Shown: positions 9,496 to 17,328 of the stretch, piece after piece
How positions within the stretch are numbered: the first letter of the stretch is position 1
Layout: every line of letters starts with the position of its first letter
Assembly: GCA_964574355.1 (NCBI GenBank)
Contig: CAZNMD010000003.1
Location: forward strand, 5,316 to 69,315
From: an uncultured Candidatus Saccharibacteria bacterium
GTDB lineage: Bacteria > Patescibacteriota > Minisyncoccia > Phycocordibacterales > DSPV01
Length of the DNA stretch: 64,000 nt
Direction of reading: 5' to 3'
Made by a program: the position numbers and the translations under genes
Notes under the pieces: model-generated
What the model was told of the DNA's origin: nothing
What the model saw: the letters and a program-made list of their open reading frames with translations, nothing else
Databases searched by the model: none

Positions 9496-10836
9496 ATGGA
9501 ACAGGGAGGGTGGAAAGATTTTTTTAAAGGAAAACGAGTCACCCAGCTAGGGCTCGGTCTTTTGGGGCGAGGTGTGAATGATGCGCTTTTTTTAGCAAAG
9601 CACGGAGCGATTTTGACTGTCACTGATAAAAAAACAGCAAAAGAATTAGAGGTCTCGATTGAGAAATTAGCCGAGTATAAAGATGCTATAACATTTGTGT
9701 TGGGCGAGCACCGACTCGAAAATTTTCGTGAGTGTGATTTTGTTTTAAAAGCTGCAGGTGTGCCCCTTGATTCACCAGAAATTGCCGAAGCTCGAAAATA
9801 TGCTATCCCTGTTGAGATGGACGCTTCGCTTTTTGCCAAGCTTGCACCAAAGGGGGTGACGATAGTTGGAATTACAGGTACGCGTGGAAAATCAACGACG
9901 ACACATTTGATTTTTCATATCTTGAAAGAAGGCGGAAAGAGAGCATTTCTTGGTGGTAATGTGCGGGATATTGCAACTCTGCCACTTCTGGAAGAAGTTC
10001 AATCGGGTGATTATGTTGTGTTGGAGTTGGATAGTTGGCAATTACAAGGTTTCGGTGAAGCTAATATTTCTCCTCATGTTTCGGTGTTTACGACGTTTAT
10101 GGATGATCATCTTTTGTATTACAAAAATGATAGAGATTTATATTTCGCCGATAAAGCAAATATTTTTAAAAATCAAAAGAAGGGTGATGTGCTGATTGTG
10201 GGAGAGCAGGTTGCAGAAAAGATAAATGGAACGAAGCCTCCAGTTTCGCCGATAATTGCCCATGTTACTGACGTTGCCTCGTGGAAAACAAATTTAATTG
10301 GCGAGCATAATCAACTAAATATCGCATGTGCAGTTCTCGCAGCGCGGGCATTGAAAATTGATGAGGCTCTTATAAAAGAAGCAGTCGAAACATTCAAAGG
10401 TGTACCAGGCCGTCTTGAATTCATTCGCGAAATTAATGGTGTGAAAATCTATAACGATACAACCGCAACGACGCCGGCTGCCGTTTCGGTTGGTCTTACT
10501 GCGCTTGACCCTGAAGCGAAGAAAAATATTGTTTTAATTTGTGGTGGTTTCGATAAAGGGATTGACGCGGGTGAGCTTGTTGAAGTCATCTCGAAGCACA
10601 CCAAAGAAATCATTCTTCTTCCTGGTTCTGGTTCCGAAAAACTTTTGTCTCTTATTTCTCATCTCTCATCTCAAATATCCAGAGTTTCCACGATGTCCGA
10701 AGCTGTTGCGAAAGCCGTTAAATGTGCGAAACAAAACGATATCATCCTTCTTTCTCCTGGATTTGCGTCATTTGGTCTTTTTAAAAACGAATATGATCGA
10801 GGTGAGCAGTTTGATAGGGAAGTAAAAAATCTATAG
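9496..10836 (+). CDS. murD: UDP-N-acetylmuramoyl-L-alanine--D-glutamate ligase
   Basis: 'GLGLLGRG', P-loop 'GITGTRGKSTT', 'VLELDSWQL', 'YNDTTAT', 'LICGGFDK', 'LLSPGFASFGLFKNEYDRG'. Confidence 0.93.
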   Translation: MEQGGWKDFFKGKRVTQLGLGLLGRGVNDALFLAKHGAILTVTDKKTAKELEVSIEKLAEYKDAITFVLGEHRLENFRECDFVLKAAGVPLDSPEIAEARKYAIPVEMDASLFAKLAPKGVTIVGITGTRGKSTTTHLIFHILKEGGKRAFLGGNVRDIATLPLLEEVQSGDYVVLELDSWQLQGFGEANISPHVSVFTTFMDDHLLYYKNDRDLYFADKANIFKNQKKGDVLIVGEQVAEKINGTKPPVSPIIAHVTDVASWKTNLIGEHNQLNIACAVLAARALKIDEALIKEAVETFKGVPGRLEFIREINGVKIYNDTTATTPAAVSVGLTALDPEAKKNIVLICGGFDKGIDAGELVEVISKHTKEIILLPGSGSEKLLSLISHLSSQISRVSTMSEAVAKAVKCAKQNDIILLSPGFASFGLFKNEYDRGEQFDREVKNL

Positions 10837-10841
10837 CAAAC

Positions 10842-10876
10842 TACTACTTGACATACATCAAGTAGTATGATAAATT
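10842..10876 (+). promoter_or_regulatory. Promoter of the sigma-factor gene, overlapped by a 10-bp inverted repeat (possible operator)
   Basis: TTGACA(10848)-17 nt-TAAATT(10871); TACTACTTGA-6 nt-TCAAGTAGTA is a perfect inverted repeat. Confidence 0.6.
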
Positions 10877-10942
10877 GAGTTAGGTTCTGTATACCAGAAG
10901 GTATACGGTTTTTCTAAGAACTTTGTAACAAAGGAGAATAGA

Positions 10943-11710
10943 GTGAATACAACGCCTGCCAAGGACGTACCGGTTGAAGGTGAAGAACAGCAATTCTTGA
11001 ACTATCTACGGTTTACGGTTCAGATAGTTCAAACAATACTGAGTCGTCTACCTCCGCATGTCGAAAAAGATGATTTGCTATCAGTAGGACAGCTTGGTTT
11101 GCTGAAGGCGATTCGGACGTTTGATCCAAGCAAAGGTTCTACCTTCGGTGCGTATGCTCGTCATCGTATTCGCGGGGTAGTCCTCGATGAATTGCGAAAG
11201 ATGGATATCTTTCCTCGTTCGGTTCGCGAGAGAGCTCGAATGGTCGCCGAGGTGGAAGATTGTTTGGTGAATAGGTTGGGTCGGGAACCAACAGAGATGG
11301 AAATGGCGTCAGAGATGGGGCTCGGTCTTGCGGCCTATCGTAAACTGAGATCTGAGATCCAACCTGTAGACTTTTTGTGTCTTGACGATCTACCATCTTG
11401 GTTGAAAAACAACCACTATGATCATGGGCGTCATGATTGTTATGACGCTATTGCCGACCAAAGTCTTCCGCTCGGTGAGGAACTCGAGCGTCGGGATATG
11501 TTGGCGGTGGTTTATCACTCGATCAAGAGTCTTCCTCCAAGACAGCAACAAGTGCTCGCGCTGTATTACGTTGAAGGGTGGACTTTTCGAGAAATTGGAG
11601 AAGCTCTTGGTTTTACTGAGAGCTATGCTTGTATGGTTCACAAAGAGGCAATTGTGACGCTTCGTGAACATTTCCAAAAAGAAGATCGACGCTGTACATT
11701 GGCTGGGTAG
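10943..11710 (+). CDS. FliA/WhiG (sigma-28-like) RNA polymerase sigma factor
   Basis: Region 2 'LPPHVEKDDLLSVGQLGLLKAIRTFDPSKGSTFGAYARHRIRGVVLDELR', region 3 'LGREPT', region 4 'LPPRQQQVLALYY..TFREIGEALG'. GTG start after AAGGAGA. Confidence 0.88.
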   Translation: MNTTPAKDVPVEGEEQQFLNYLRFTVQIVQTILSRLPPHVEKDDLLSVGQLGLLKAIRTFDPSKGSTFGAYARHRIRGVVLDELRKMDIFPRSVRERARMVAEVEDCLVNRLGREPTEMEMASEMGLGLAAYRKLRSEIQPVDFLCLDDLPSWLKNNHYDHGRHDCYDAIADQSLPLGEELERRDMLAVVYHSIKSLPPRQQQVLALYYVEGWTFREIGEALGFTESYACMVHKEAIVTLREHFQKEDRRCTLAG

Positions 11711-11721
11711 GGAAATTCAAG

Positions 11722-11772
11722 CTCCGTTCGTTCAGGTAGCCGTTTAGGGCCATTTGAACGAACGGAGTTTTT
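11722..11772 (+). terminator. Terminator of the sigma-factor gene
   Basis: CTCCGTTCGTTCA / TGAACGAACGGAG 13-bp stem plus T-run. Confidence 0.7.
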
Positions 11773-11811
11773 CTATTGTTCCTATTAGGCGAGAGGTTGG
11801 TTTTTTGAAAT

Positions 11812-11841
11812 AAAAAATCACCCGACAAAAAGTCGGGTGAT
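11812..11841 (-). terminator. Terminator of minus-strand gene 11853-12794
   Basis: ATCACCCGAC-AAAAA-GTCGGGTGAT stem, preceded on the + strand by an A-run. Confidence 0.7.
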
Positions 11842-11852
11842 GGTGTGGCTAT

Positions 11853-12794
11853 CTACGAGCCGCGATTGTAAATGACGACGAGATTTCTCATGGCTTTTTC
11901 TGCGGGTGTTTTACCACGAGCACTTGAGTGCCACATAGCTTCGCCGGTATCTGCGTAGGTGTCACCAAAAGTATCGATTTCATCATTAGCAATCTGACCT
12001 TCAGGGACGCCATGGTTGGCAAATTGCGTCCGAATGATTGCCGGTAGGCAGATTCCCCCGAATGCATTTGGGGCAAGTACACAGTAGTCGCCCAGTCGCT
12101 GGAAGTGCGCAATCAATTTCCGATTGGTGACTCCGTACTTTTGGTCAGTGGGTCGGTGGAAAAAATGTTCTCCACCGATACCGCACGTGATGAACACCTC
12201 AAGGTCTTGTGCGTGTTCGTTCCACTCAAAGAATTTGCACATAATTCCGTCGACAACGCTTTCGTGTGGTCGACTTGGCGTACCTGTTTCCAGGCGTGTT
12301 CGATCAACCAAACAATCTCGTCCAGCGTGTGCGGCGATAACTTTGCCACTAACACGAGATCGAGCAATGATGGTCGGACAATCTGCCGATGCGAGCATCA
12401 TATATTTTCCTCGCGGAATTTCACAACCATCAGCGCTTACGCCGCGGTAGATTTTTACTCCTTTACGTGGAGGCAGAGTAATTTTTTCGTGTGATAGGTC
12501 AATCTGGCCTTGATACACTTCAGTCAGTTCGTTGGGTGTGCAGATACGCGCGTTGAAGTCTGAAGGGCGGGGTGCATAGATCGAAGTTCGATCGCCGCCG
12601 CCAAATAAGGCGTTGATCAAGGAGTACGCCGAGCATTTCGCAACACCCGCGTTGTTTTTGAGTTCGGCAATGCTCCAGTCAGTTTGTCCGTCATTTCGCC
12701 CGCACAAAGTGACTTCAACGGGGCTCGTTCGGGTTCCATCACCAAACAGAGTGAAAACCCGAGTCGGTCTTGCTAATTCGATGTCCGTGTTCAT
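11853..12794 (-). CDS. Divergent YfiH/PgeF (laccase-domain, polyphenol-oxidase-like) protein
   Basis: 'ADG...MLASADCPTI...VIAAHAGR', 'ITCGIG' and C-terminal 'DT..WHSSARG' match the YfiH pattern ADC..HAGW..FSYR. Confidence 0.75.
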   Translation of the reverse strand: MNTDIELARPTRVFTLFGDGTRTSPVEVTLCGRNDGQTDWSIAELKNNAGVAKCSAYSLINALFGGGDRTSIYAPRPSDFNARICTPNELTEVYQGQIDLSHEKITLPPRKGVKIYRGVSADGCEIPRGKYMMLASADCPTIIARSRVSGKVIAAHAGRDCLVDRTRLETGTPSRPHESVVDGIMCKFFEWNEHAQDLEVFITCGIGGEHFFHRPTDQKYGVTNRKLIAHFQRLGDYCVLAPNAFGGICLPAIIRTQFANHGVPEGQIANDEIDTFGDTYADTGEAMWHSSARGKTPAEKAMRNLVVIYNRGS

Positions 12795-12899
12795 TCAAGG
12801 TTCTTTCTTTTTGTTGTGGTTTACTGAAATTTTCCTGAGAGACAGTATACTATTATTGACGATTTGTCAATAAAGCAGTTTTCTGTTACACTCGTTTTT

Positions 12900-14243
12900 A
12901 TGAAAGTTCTAAGGGCAAAAAAACCTTCAAAACAGTCGCTTAAAGTAAAAAGTTTCATTGAGCATCAACATGTCCACTTTGTGGGTATTGGTGGTTCTGG
13001 CATGTCTTCTTTGGCTCAACTTTTACATACTGATGGGCGGGTGATTACAGGGTCTGATTTAAAACCCTCAAAGGTAGCGGAGACTTTAGCGATTGCCGGA
13101 ATAAAAATTCTAATTGGTCAAGATGAGCATGCTATACCTCGGGGTGTCGAAGCTATTATTTATAGCGCCGCGATTCCCGAACTTGATCCAAAATTTTTTA
13201 AACAGCTTAAAAAAATTGGCGTTCCTTTGTATGAATATCATGAAGCTGTAGGTGAGTATGCAAATCAAAAACACACGGTTGCTATTGCTGGTACTCATGG
13301 AAAAACGACAACAACGGCAATGATCGCTTCAATTTTAAAAGCGGCGGATATTGGCGCGAGCGCTCTTGTTGGTGGCGTAATGAATGATACGGGTAGTGGC
13401 GTCTATGCGGGAACAGGAGATACGTTTGTGGTTGAAGCTGATGAGTATAAAAATGGCTTTTTGCATTTATCGCCATCAGTGTTGGTTATTACCAACATTG
13501 ATCATGATCACGTAAATTTTTTTACTGATTTGTCAGCTGTTCAAAACTCATTTAAGCAACTAATACGAAAAGTTCCTGTTGATGGAGTTATTATTTGTAA
13601 TCCGGAGGATCCTCATGTGGCTCCGGTCATTGCAAAAACAAAACATCCGGTTATTGATTACACATCGGTTTCGCTCGATGGAGTTGATCTTAAGGTTCCA
13701 GGTGAACATAATCGTAATAATGCGAAAGCGGCACTTGCGGCGGTTGGTATTCTTGGTATTTCTCCAGAAATTGCAACAAAAACACTTTCACATTTTTCAG
13801 GTACAGGTCGACGATTTGAATATAAAGGAAAAATGAAAAACGGTGCGCTTGTATACGATGATTATGCCCATAATTCTCAAAAGGTTTCTGCTGCGATTGC
13901 AGGTGCGCGCGAAGCATTTCCAGATAAAAAAGTAACAGTTGTTTTTCAGCCACACCTCTTTAGCCGAACACGCGCTTTCTTGGGAGATTTTGCGAAAGCG
14001 TTATCTTTGGCAGATTCCATTATTGTCACTGATATTTATGCAGCTCGTGAGAAATTAGATTTATCAGTTACCGCGAAAGATCTTGTTAGAGAGATACATA
14101 AACTTAATAAAAACGTTTCGCATAGTTCCGTTTTTGGGGAAGTGGTGAGTGAATTATGTATGAATGCGAGTGAAAAAGATTTGATTATGACGATGGGGGC
14201 CGGAGATATTACAAAGGTGTCAGATTTGTTGGTAGCTGCTTAG
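12900..14243 (+). CDS. murC: UDP-N-acetylmuramate--L-alanine ligase
   Basis: 'HFVGIGGSGMSSLA', 'AGTHGKTTTT', 'VEADEY', 'DDYAH', 'VFQPHLFSRT', 'MGAGDI'. ATG at 12900 follows TGT-TACACT. Confidence 0.93.
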   Translation: MKVLRAKKPSKQSLKVKSFIEHQHVHFVGIGGSGMSSLAQLLHTDGRVITGSDLKPSKVAETLAIAGIKILIGQDEHAIPRGVEAIIYSAAIPELDPKFFKQLKKIGVPLYEYHEAVGEYANQKHTVAIAGTHGKTTTTAMIASILKAADIGASALVGGVMNDTGSGVYAGTGDTFVVEADEYKNGFLHLSPSVLVITNIDHDHVNFFTDLSAVQNSFKQLIRKVPVDGVIICNPEDPHVAPVIAKTKHPVIDYTSVSLDGVDLKVPGEHNRNNAKAALAAVGILGISPEIATKTLSHFSGTGRRFEYKGKMKNGALVYDDYAHNSQKVSAAIAGAREAFPDKKVTVVFQPHLFSRTRAFLGDFAKALSLADSIIVTDIYAAREKLDLSVTAKDLVREIHKLNKNVSHSSVFGEVVSELCMNASEKDLIMTMGAGDITKVSDLLVAA

Positions 14244-14244
14244 C

Positions 14245-14925
14245 ATGAGTACTCTCTACGTCGTCGCTACGCCTATAGGAAATCTTGAGGATATATCACC
14301 TCGAGCGCTTCGGATTTTGTCTGAAGTCGATGTCATTCTTTGTGAGGATACGCGAGTTACTAGAAAACTGTTATCGCATTTTGGAATTTCTACCAAAACA
14401 ATTTCATACCACGCAAGAACGGAAGTTTTGAAACTTGACTACGTTCTTTCTTTTTTTGAAGAAGGGAAAAATGTTGCACTTGTATCAGATGCCGGTACCC
14501 CAGCAATATCAGATCCGGGGGCAATTTTGGTTAAGGAAGTTCGAAAAAAGTTTCCAGAGGTGAATATTGTGGCTATTCCAGGGCCATCAGCGCTTACCGC
14601 AGCAGTATCAATTGCTGGTCTTTTGGTTTCAGATTTTACATTTCTTGGATTTTTGCCTCATAAAAAGGGTAGAGAGACGTTATTTAAAGAGATTAGAGAG
14701 TCTTCACGAACGATGGTGTTTTACGAGTCTCCCCATCGAATTGAAAAAACGCTTGAATCATTATCGATATATCTCGCTCCTGATCGTACTGTTAGTATTT
14801 GTCGAGAACTGACAAAAATGTATGAAAGTGTTATTTCTGGTAATCCTGATTTTGTAAAAAATCATTTTGCGACACATACAGATCAGGTGAGGGGAGAATT
14901 TGTTGTTATTGTTTCTCCAAAATAA
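14245..14925 (+). CDS. rsmI: 16S rRNA (cytidine1402-2'-O)-methyltransferase
   Basis: 'LYVVATPIGNLEDIS.RA', 'LVSDAGTPAISDPG', 'FYESPHR', 'CRELTK', 'RGEFV'. Confidence 0.95.
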   Translation: MSTLYVVATPIGNLEDISPRALRILSEVDVILCEDTRVTRKLLSHFGISTKTISYHARTEVLKLDYVLSFFEEGKNVALVSDAGTPAISDPGAILVKEVRKKFPEVNIVAIPGPSALTAAVSIAGLLVSDFTFLGFLPHKKGRETLFKEIRESSRTMVFYESPHRIEKTLESLSIYLAPDRTVSICRELTKMYESVISGNPDFVKNHFATHTDQVRGEFVVIVSPK

Positions 14926-14964
14926 AACCCCCTGTTCGTCTCGTAAAAACAGAGGGTTGGTCAC

Positions 14965-15342
14965 CTAAGATACTAGGTGAGTTTGTAGGATTTCTTCGTA
15001 GTTTAGTAGTTGATGGTGTCCTGGCGGAAATAAAGTAAGATTTTCGCTGTTTGAAAAAAGAACAACTGTACCGTCTTTGGGTTGGGTTTGTTGAAGCTTG
15101 AGGTCTTCAAATTTTTGCATGACAGTAGAGGTTTCTCCTGATGGTGCCCAGCCTCGGCACTCTTTTGAAGCCGCGGTTGGATTACGCAGCTCAAGTAAGG
15201 GGCAAATTTCTACCCAAATCCGATAGGTTCGCCCTTCTTTGTGTGCGAGAACATCTACAATTCTGCCTCGATAGGTGCAATCTCTTGTTTGGCTTTGAAT
15301 ATCTCCACCGATAAAATTTCGGAAATTGATCGGTTCTTTCAC
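14965..15342 (-). CDS. Hypothetical protein (solitary gene)
   Basis: 125-aa ORF filling the gap; GTG start after AGAAAGAGAGGG; hairpin 14926-14958 followed by a T-rich tail on the minus strand. Confidence 0.6.
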   Translation of the reverse strand: MKEPINFRNFIGGDIQSQTRDCTYRGRIVDVLAHKEGRTYRIWVEICPLLELRNPTAASKECRGWAPSGETSTVMQKFEDLKLQQTQPKDGTVVLFSNSENLTLFPPGHHQLLNYEEILQTHLVS

Positions 15343-15433
15343 GTTACCCTCTCTTTCTAACTACTAGTGTACAACCAAAGGAGATAAGGAGCATGTATGG
15401 TACAATGTGGCCGTATTCATCATTTTTTACGCT

Positions 15434-15643
15434 ATGCGCAGAAAATTAGAACTAATAATCGGTACGCTGTTGCTACTTGTGTTACTGGCAGGAGTTCCTA
15501 CTTCATGGAAGCTTTCGGTTTCCCTTGTTTCGGCTATTATCCTTATTATTTTTGGATTAATTAATCCCAGAAAACATTCAACTGAAACAAAAGATGCAGC
15601 TTTCGTTGAGCATGGACCACTATCAGACGAGACACCAAAGTAA
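15434..15643 (+). CDS. Small membrane protein with two hydrophobic helices
   Basis: 'MRRKLELIIGTLLLLVLLAGVPTSWKLSVSLVSAIILIIFGLI'; upstream TGG-TACAAT -10. Confidence 0.65.
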   Translation: MRRKLELIIGTLLLLVLLAGVPTSWKLSVSLVSAIILIIFGLINPRKHSTETKDAAFVEHGPLSDETPK

Positions 15644-15655
15644 AAAAGAGAAGAG

Positions 15656-16855
15656 ATGCCGTTTTTGGTGATCCATTTTTTGTTTTCTGTTTTTGTTCTT
15701 GCATTTGGGGGAGCTTTTGCGTATGGTTCCTATTTTTATATTCCAGAGCATTATCCAGTGCGCGTTTCTACCCCTGTTGTTTCTGAGATCGTGAAAGAAG
15801 AAAAAGCGAGTGATCATTTGAAAACACCTGTTCCGCTTCGGGCTATTTATATGACAGCCTGTGTTGCTGCAACAAAAGATTGGCGTGCTCGGATTTTGAA
15901 ATTTATTAATGAAACAGAAATTAATGCCATTGTTATAGATGTGAAGGACTATACGGGAACTATTTCTATTCCTGGAGATGAGACAAAACTTCCAGGTATT
16001 GCCGGGAAGGGGTGCAAGGTTCCTGATATGGCGGCGTTTATTGATGAACTCCATGCTCATAATATATATACGATTGCTCGCATTGCTGTGTTTCAAGATA
16101 AATTTTATGCGACAAAGTATCCAGAATTAGCGGTAAAGAAAAAGACTGATACTGCTGTGGTATGGAAGGATAGAAAAGGTTTGCCGTTTATTGATGCTGG
16201 CGCACAACCGTATTGGGATTACATTGTTGCTATCGGAGAAGCTTCGTACGATGCTGGTTTTGATGAACTTAATTTTGATTACATACGATTCCCGACTGAT
16301 GGAAATATGAGTGATATTTATTATCCTTGGAGTAACGCGACAGTAACGGCTGACCGTGCTTTAGGTAAGGCAAAAGTGGTCACCTCCTTTTTTGAACATT
16401 TGCGTGCGTCGTTTGCAACAACAGGACCAAAACTCTCAGCTGATTTATTTGGTATGACAACCACAAATCCAGACGATTTAGGTATTGGTCAGCTGTTAGA
16501 ATCTGCTGCACCAAATTTTGATTACATTGCGCCAATGGTGTATCCATCTCATTACCCGAAAGGATTTGAAGGGTACGAAGATGTAAATAAGCATCCGTAC
16601 GAGATTGTAAAGATTTCTATGGATAAGGCTGTTTCAAGATTAATTTTAGCGTCAACTACTCCGTCAAAGCTTCGGCCATGGCTTCAGGATAATGATTATC
16701 CGGTGCCCTATAGTGCTGATATGGTTCGTGCCCAGATTCAAGCAACATATGATGCGGGGCTCGATTCATGGATGCTTTGGGATCCTTCAAATGGATATAC
16801 CCGAGAAGCTCTTTTTGGACCAGAGGCAGAATTGAGAAATAAAATAGTGGAGTAA
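15656..16855 (+). CDS. Putative glycoside hydrolase (DUF4015-type TIM barrel) with N-terminal membrane anchor
   Basis: 'RAIYMT', 'NAIVIDVKD..G', 'IARIAVFQD', 'GFDELNFDYIRFP', 'PMVYPSHY', 'RPWLQD', 'WMLWDPSN.Y'. Confidence 0.8.
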   Translation: MPFLVIHFLFSVFVLAFGGAFAYGSYFYIPEHYPVRVSTPVVSEIVKEEKASDHLKTPVPLRAIYMTACVAATKDWRARILKFINETEINAIVIDVKDYTGTISIPGDETKLPGIAGKGCKVPDMAAFIDELHAHNIYTIARIAVFQDKFYATKYPELAVKKKTDTAVVWKDRKGLPFIDAGAQPYWDYIVAIGEASYDAGFDELNFDYIRFPTDGNMSDIYYPWSNATVTADRALGKAKVVTSFFEHLRASFATTGPKLSADLFGMTTTNPDDLGIGQLLESAAPNFDYIAPMVYPSHYPKGFEGYEDVNKHPYEIVKISMDKAVSRLILASTTPSKLRPWLQDNDYPVPYSADMVRAQIQATYDAGLDSWMLWDPSNGYTREALFGPEAELRNKIVE

Positions 16856-16890
16856 CTCCTTCATGAGTTTTTAATTTTCCACTTTCTCTA

Positions 16891-16919
16891 TAGACAAGTC
16901 TGTATGGTAGGTATACACT
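16891..16919 (+). promoter_or_regulatory. Sigma70-type promoter of a small transcription unit
   Basis: TAGACA-17 nt-TACACT. Confidence 0.6.
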
Positions 16920-17010
16920 TATCTACCGGGTAACGGGCTTTATCGGACGTTAGCTTACTGGCTAGCGGAGCCTGTGTTTCAATACAATCAGTGATGGAAA
17001 GATAGTTGCT

Positions 17011-17211
17011 ATGAGTGAATCCAAGAAGGATGGTCCTAAACAGGTCGGAAAAGCGACAGCTGCTCAAATTCTCGGTGATTACGGTAGGGCAGCGGGCCCT
17101 CCTCGCCAAATCGTTTCTGAACCGGGACAGCCGATTAGGGAAGAGAGGCGCTGTATTACACCTCTGAACGCTCATCTGTTCGGCTGTTCCAGTGTCATCC
17201 ATCGGACCTAG
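17011..17211 (+). CDS. Small hypothetical protein (66 aa) in its own transcription unit
   Basis: ORF lies between the promoter at 16891 and a strong terminator at 17234; GGAAAG precedes the ATG. Confidence 0.45.
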   Translation: MSESKKDGPKQVGKATAAQILGDYGRAAGPPRQIVSEPGQPIREERRCITPLNAHLFGCSSVIHRT

Positions 17212-17233
17212 AGTAAGGTCTTTCGTGTCGTTT

Positions 17234-17275
17234 ACCCCCGAATCCAGTAGCAGGATTCGGGGGTGAATTTTTTTT
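17234..17275 (+). terminator. Intrinsic terminator
   Basis: ACCCCCGAATCC / GGATTCGGGGGT 12-bp stem followed by GAA and T8. Confidence 0.8.
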
Positions 17276-17328
17276 GTGCATGAATAAGGTACTTCCCTTC
17301 GGGAATGTCGGCTATAATAGAGATGAAT

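Noticed and set aside
10147-10255. Sigma-28 promoter boxes (GCCGATAA at 10147 and 10248; also 53591 and 62302)
   Set aside because: All lie inside coding sequence and lack a correctly spaced TAAA -35 element.
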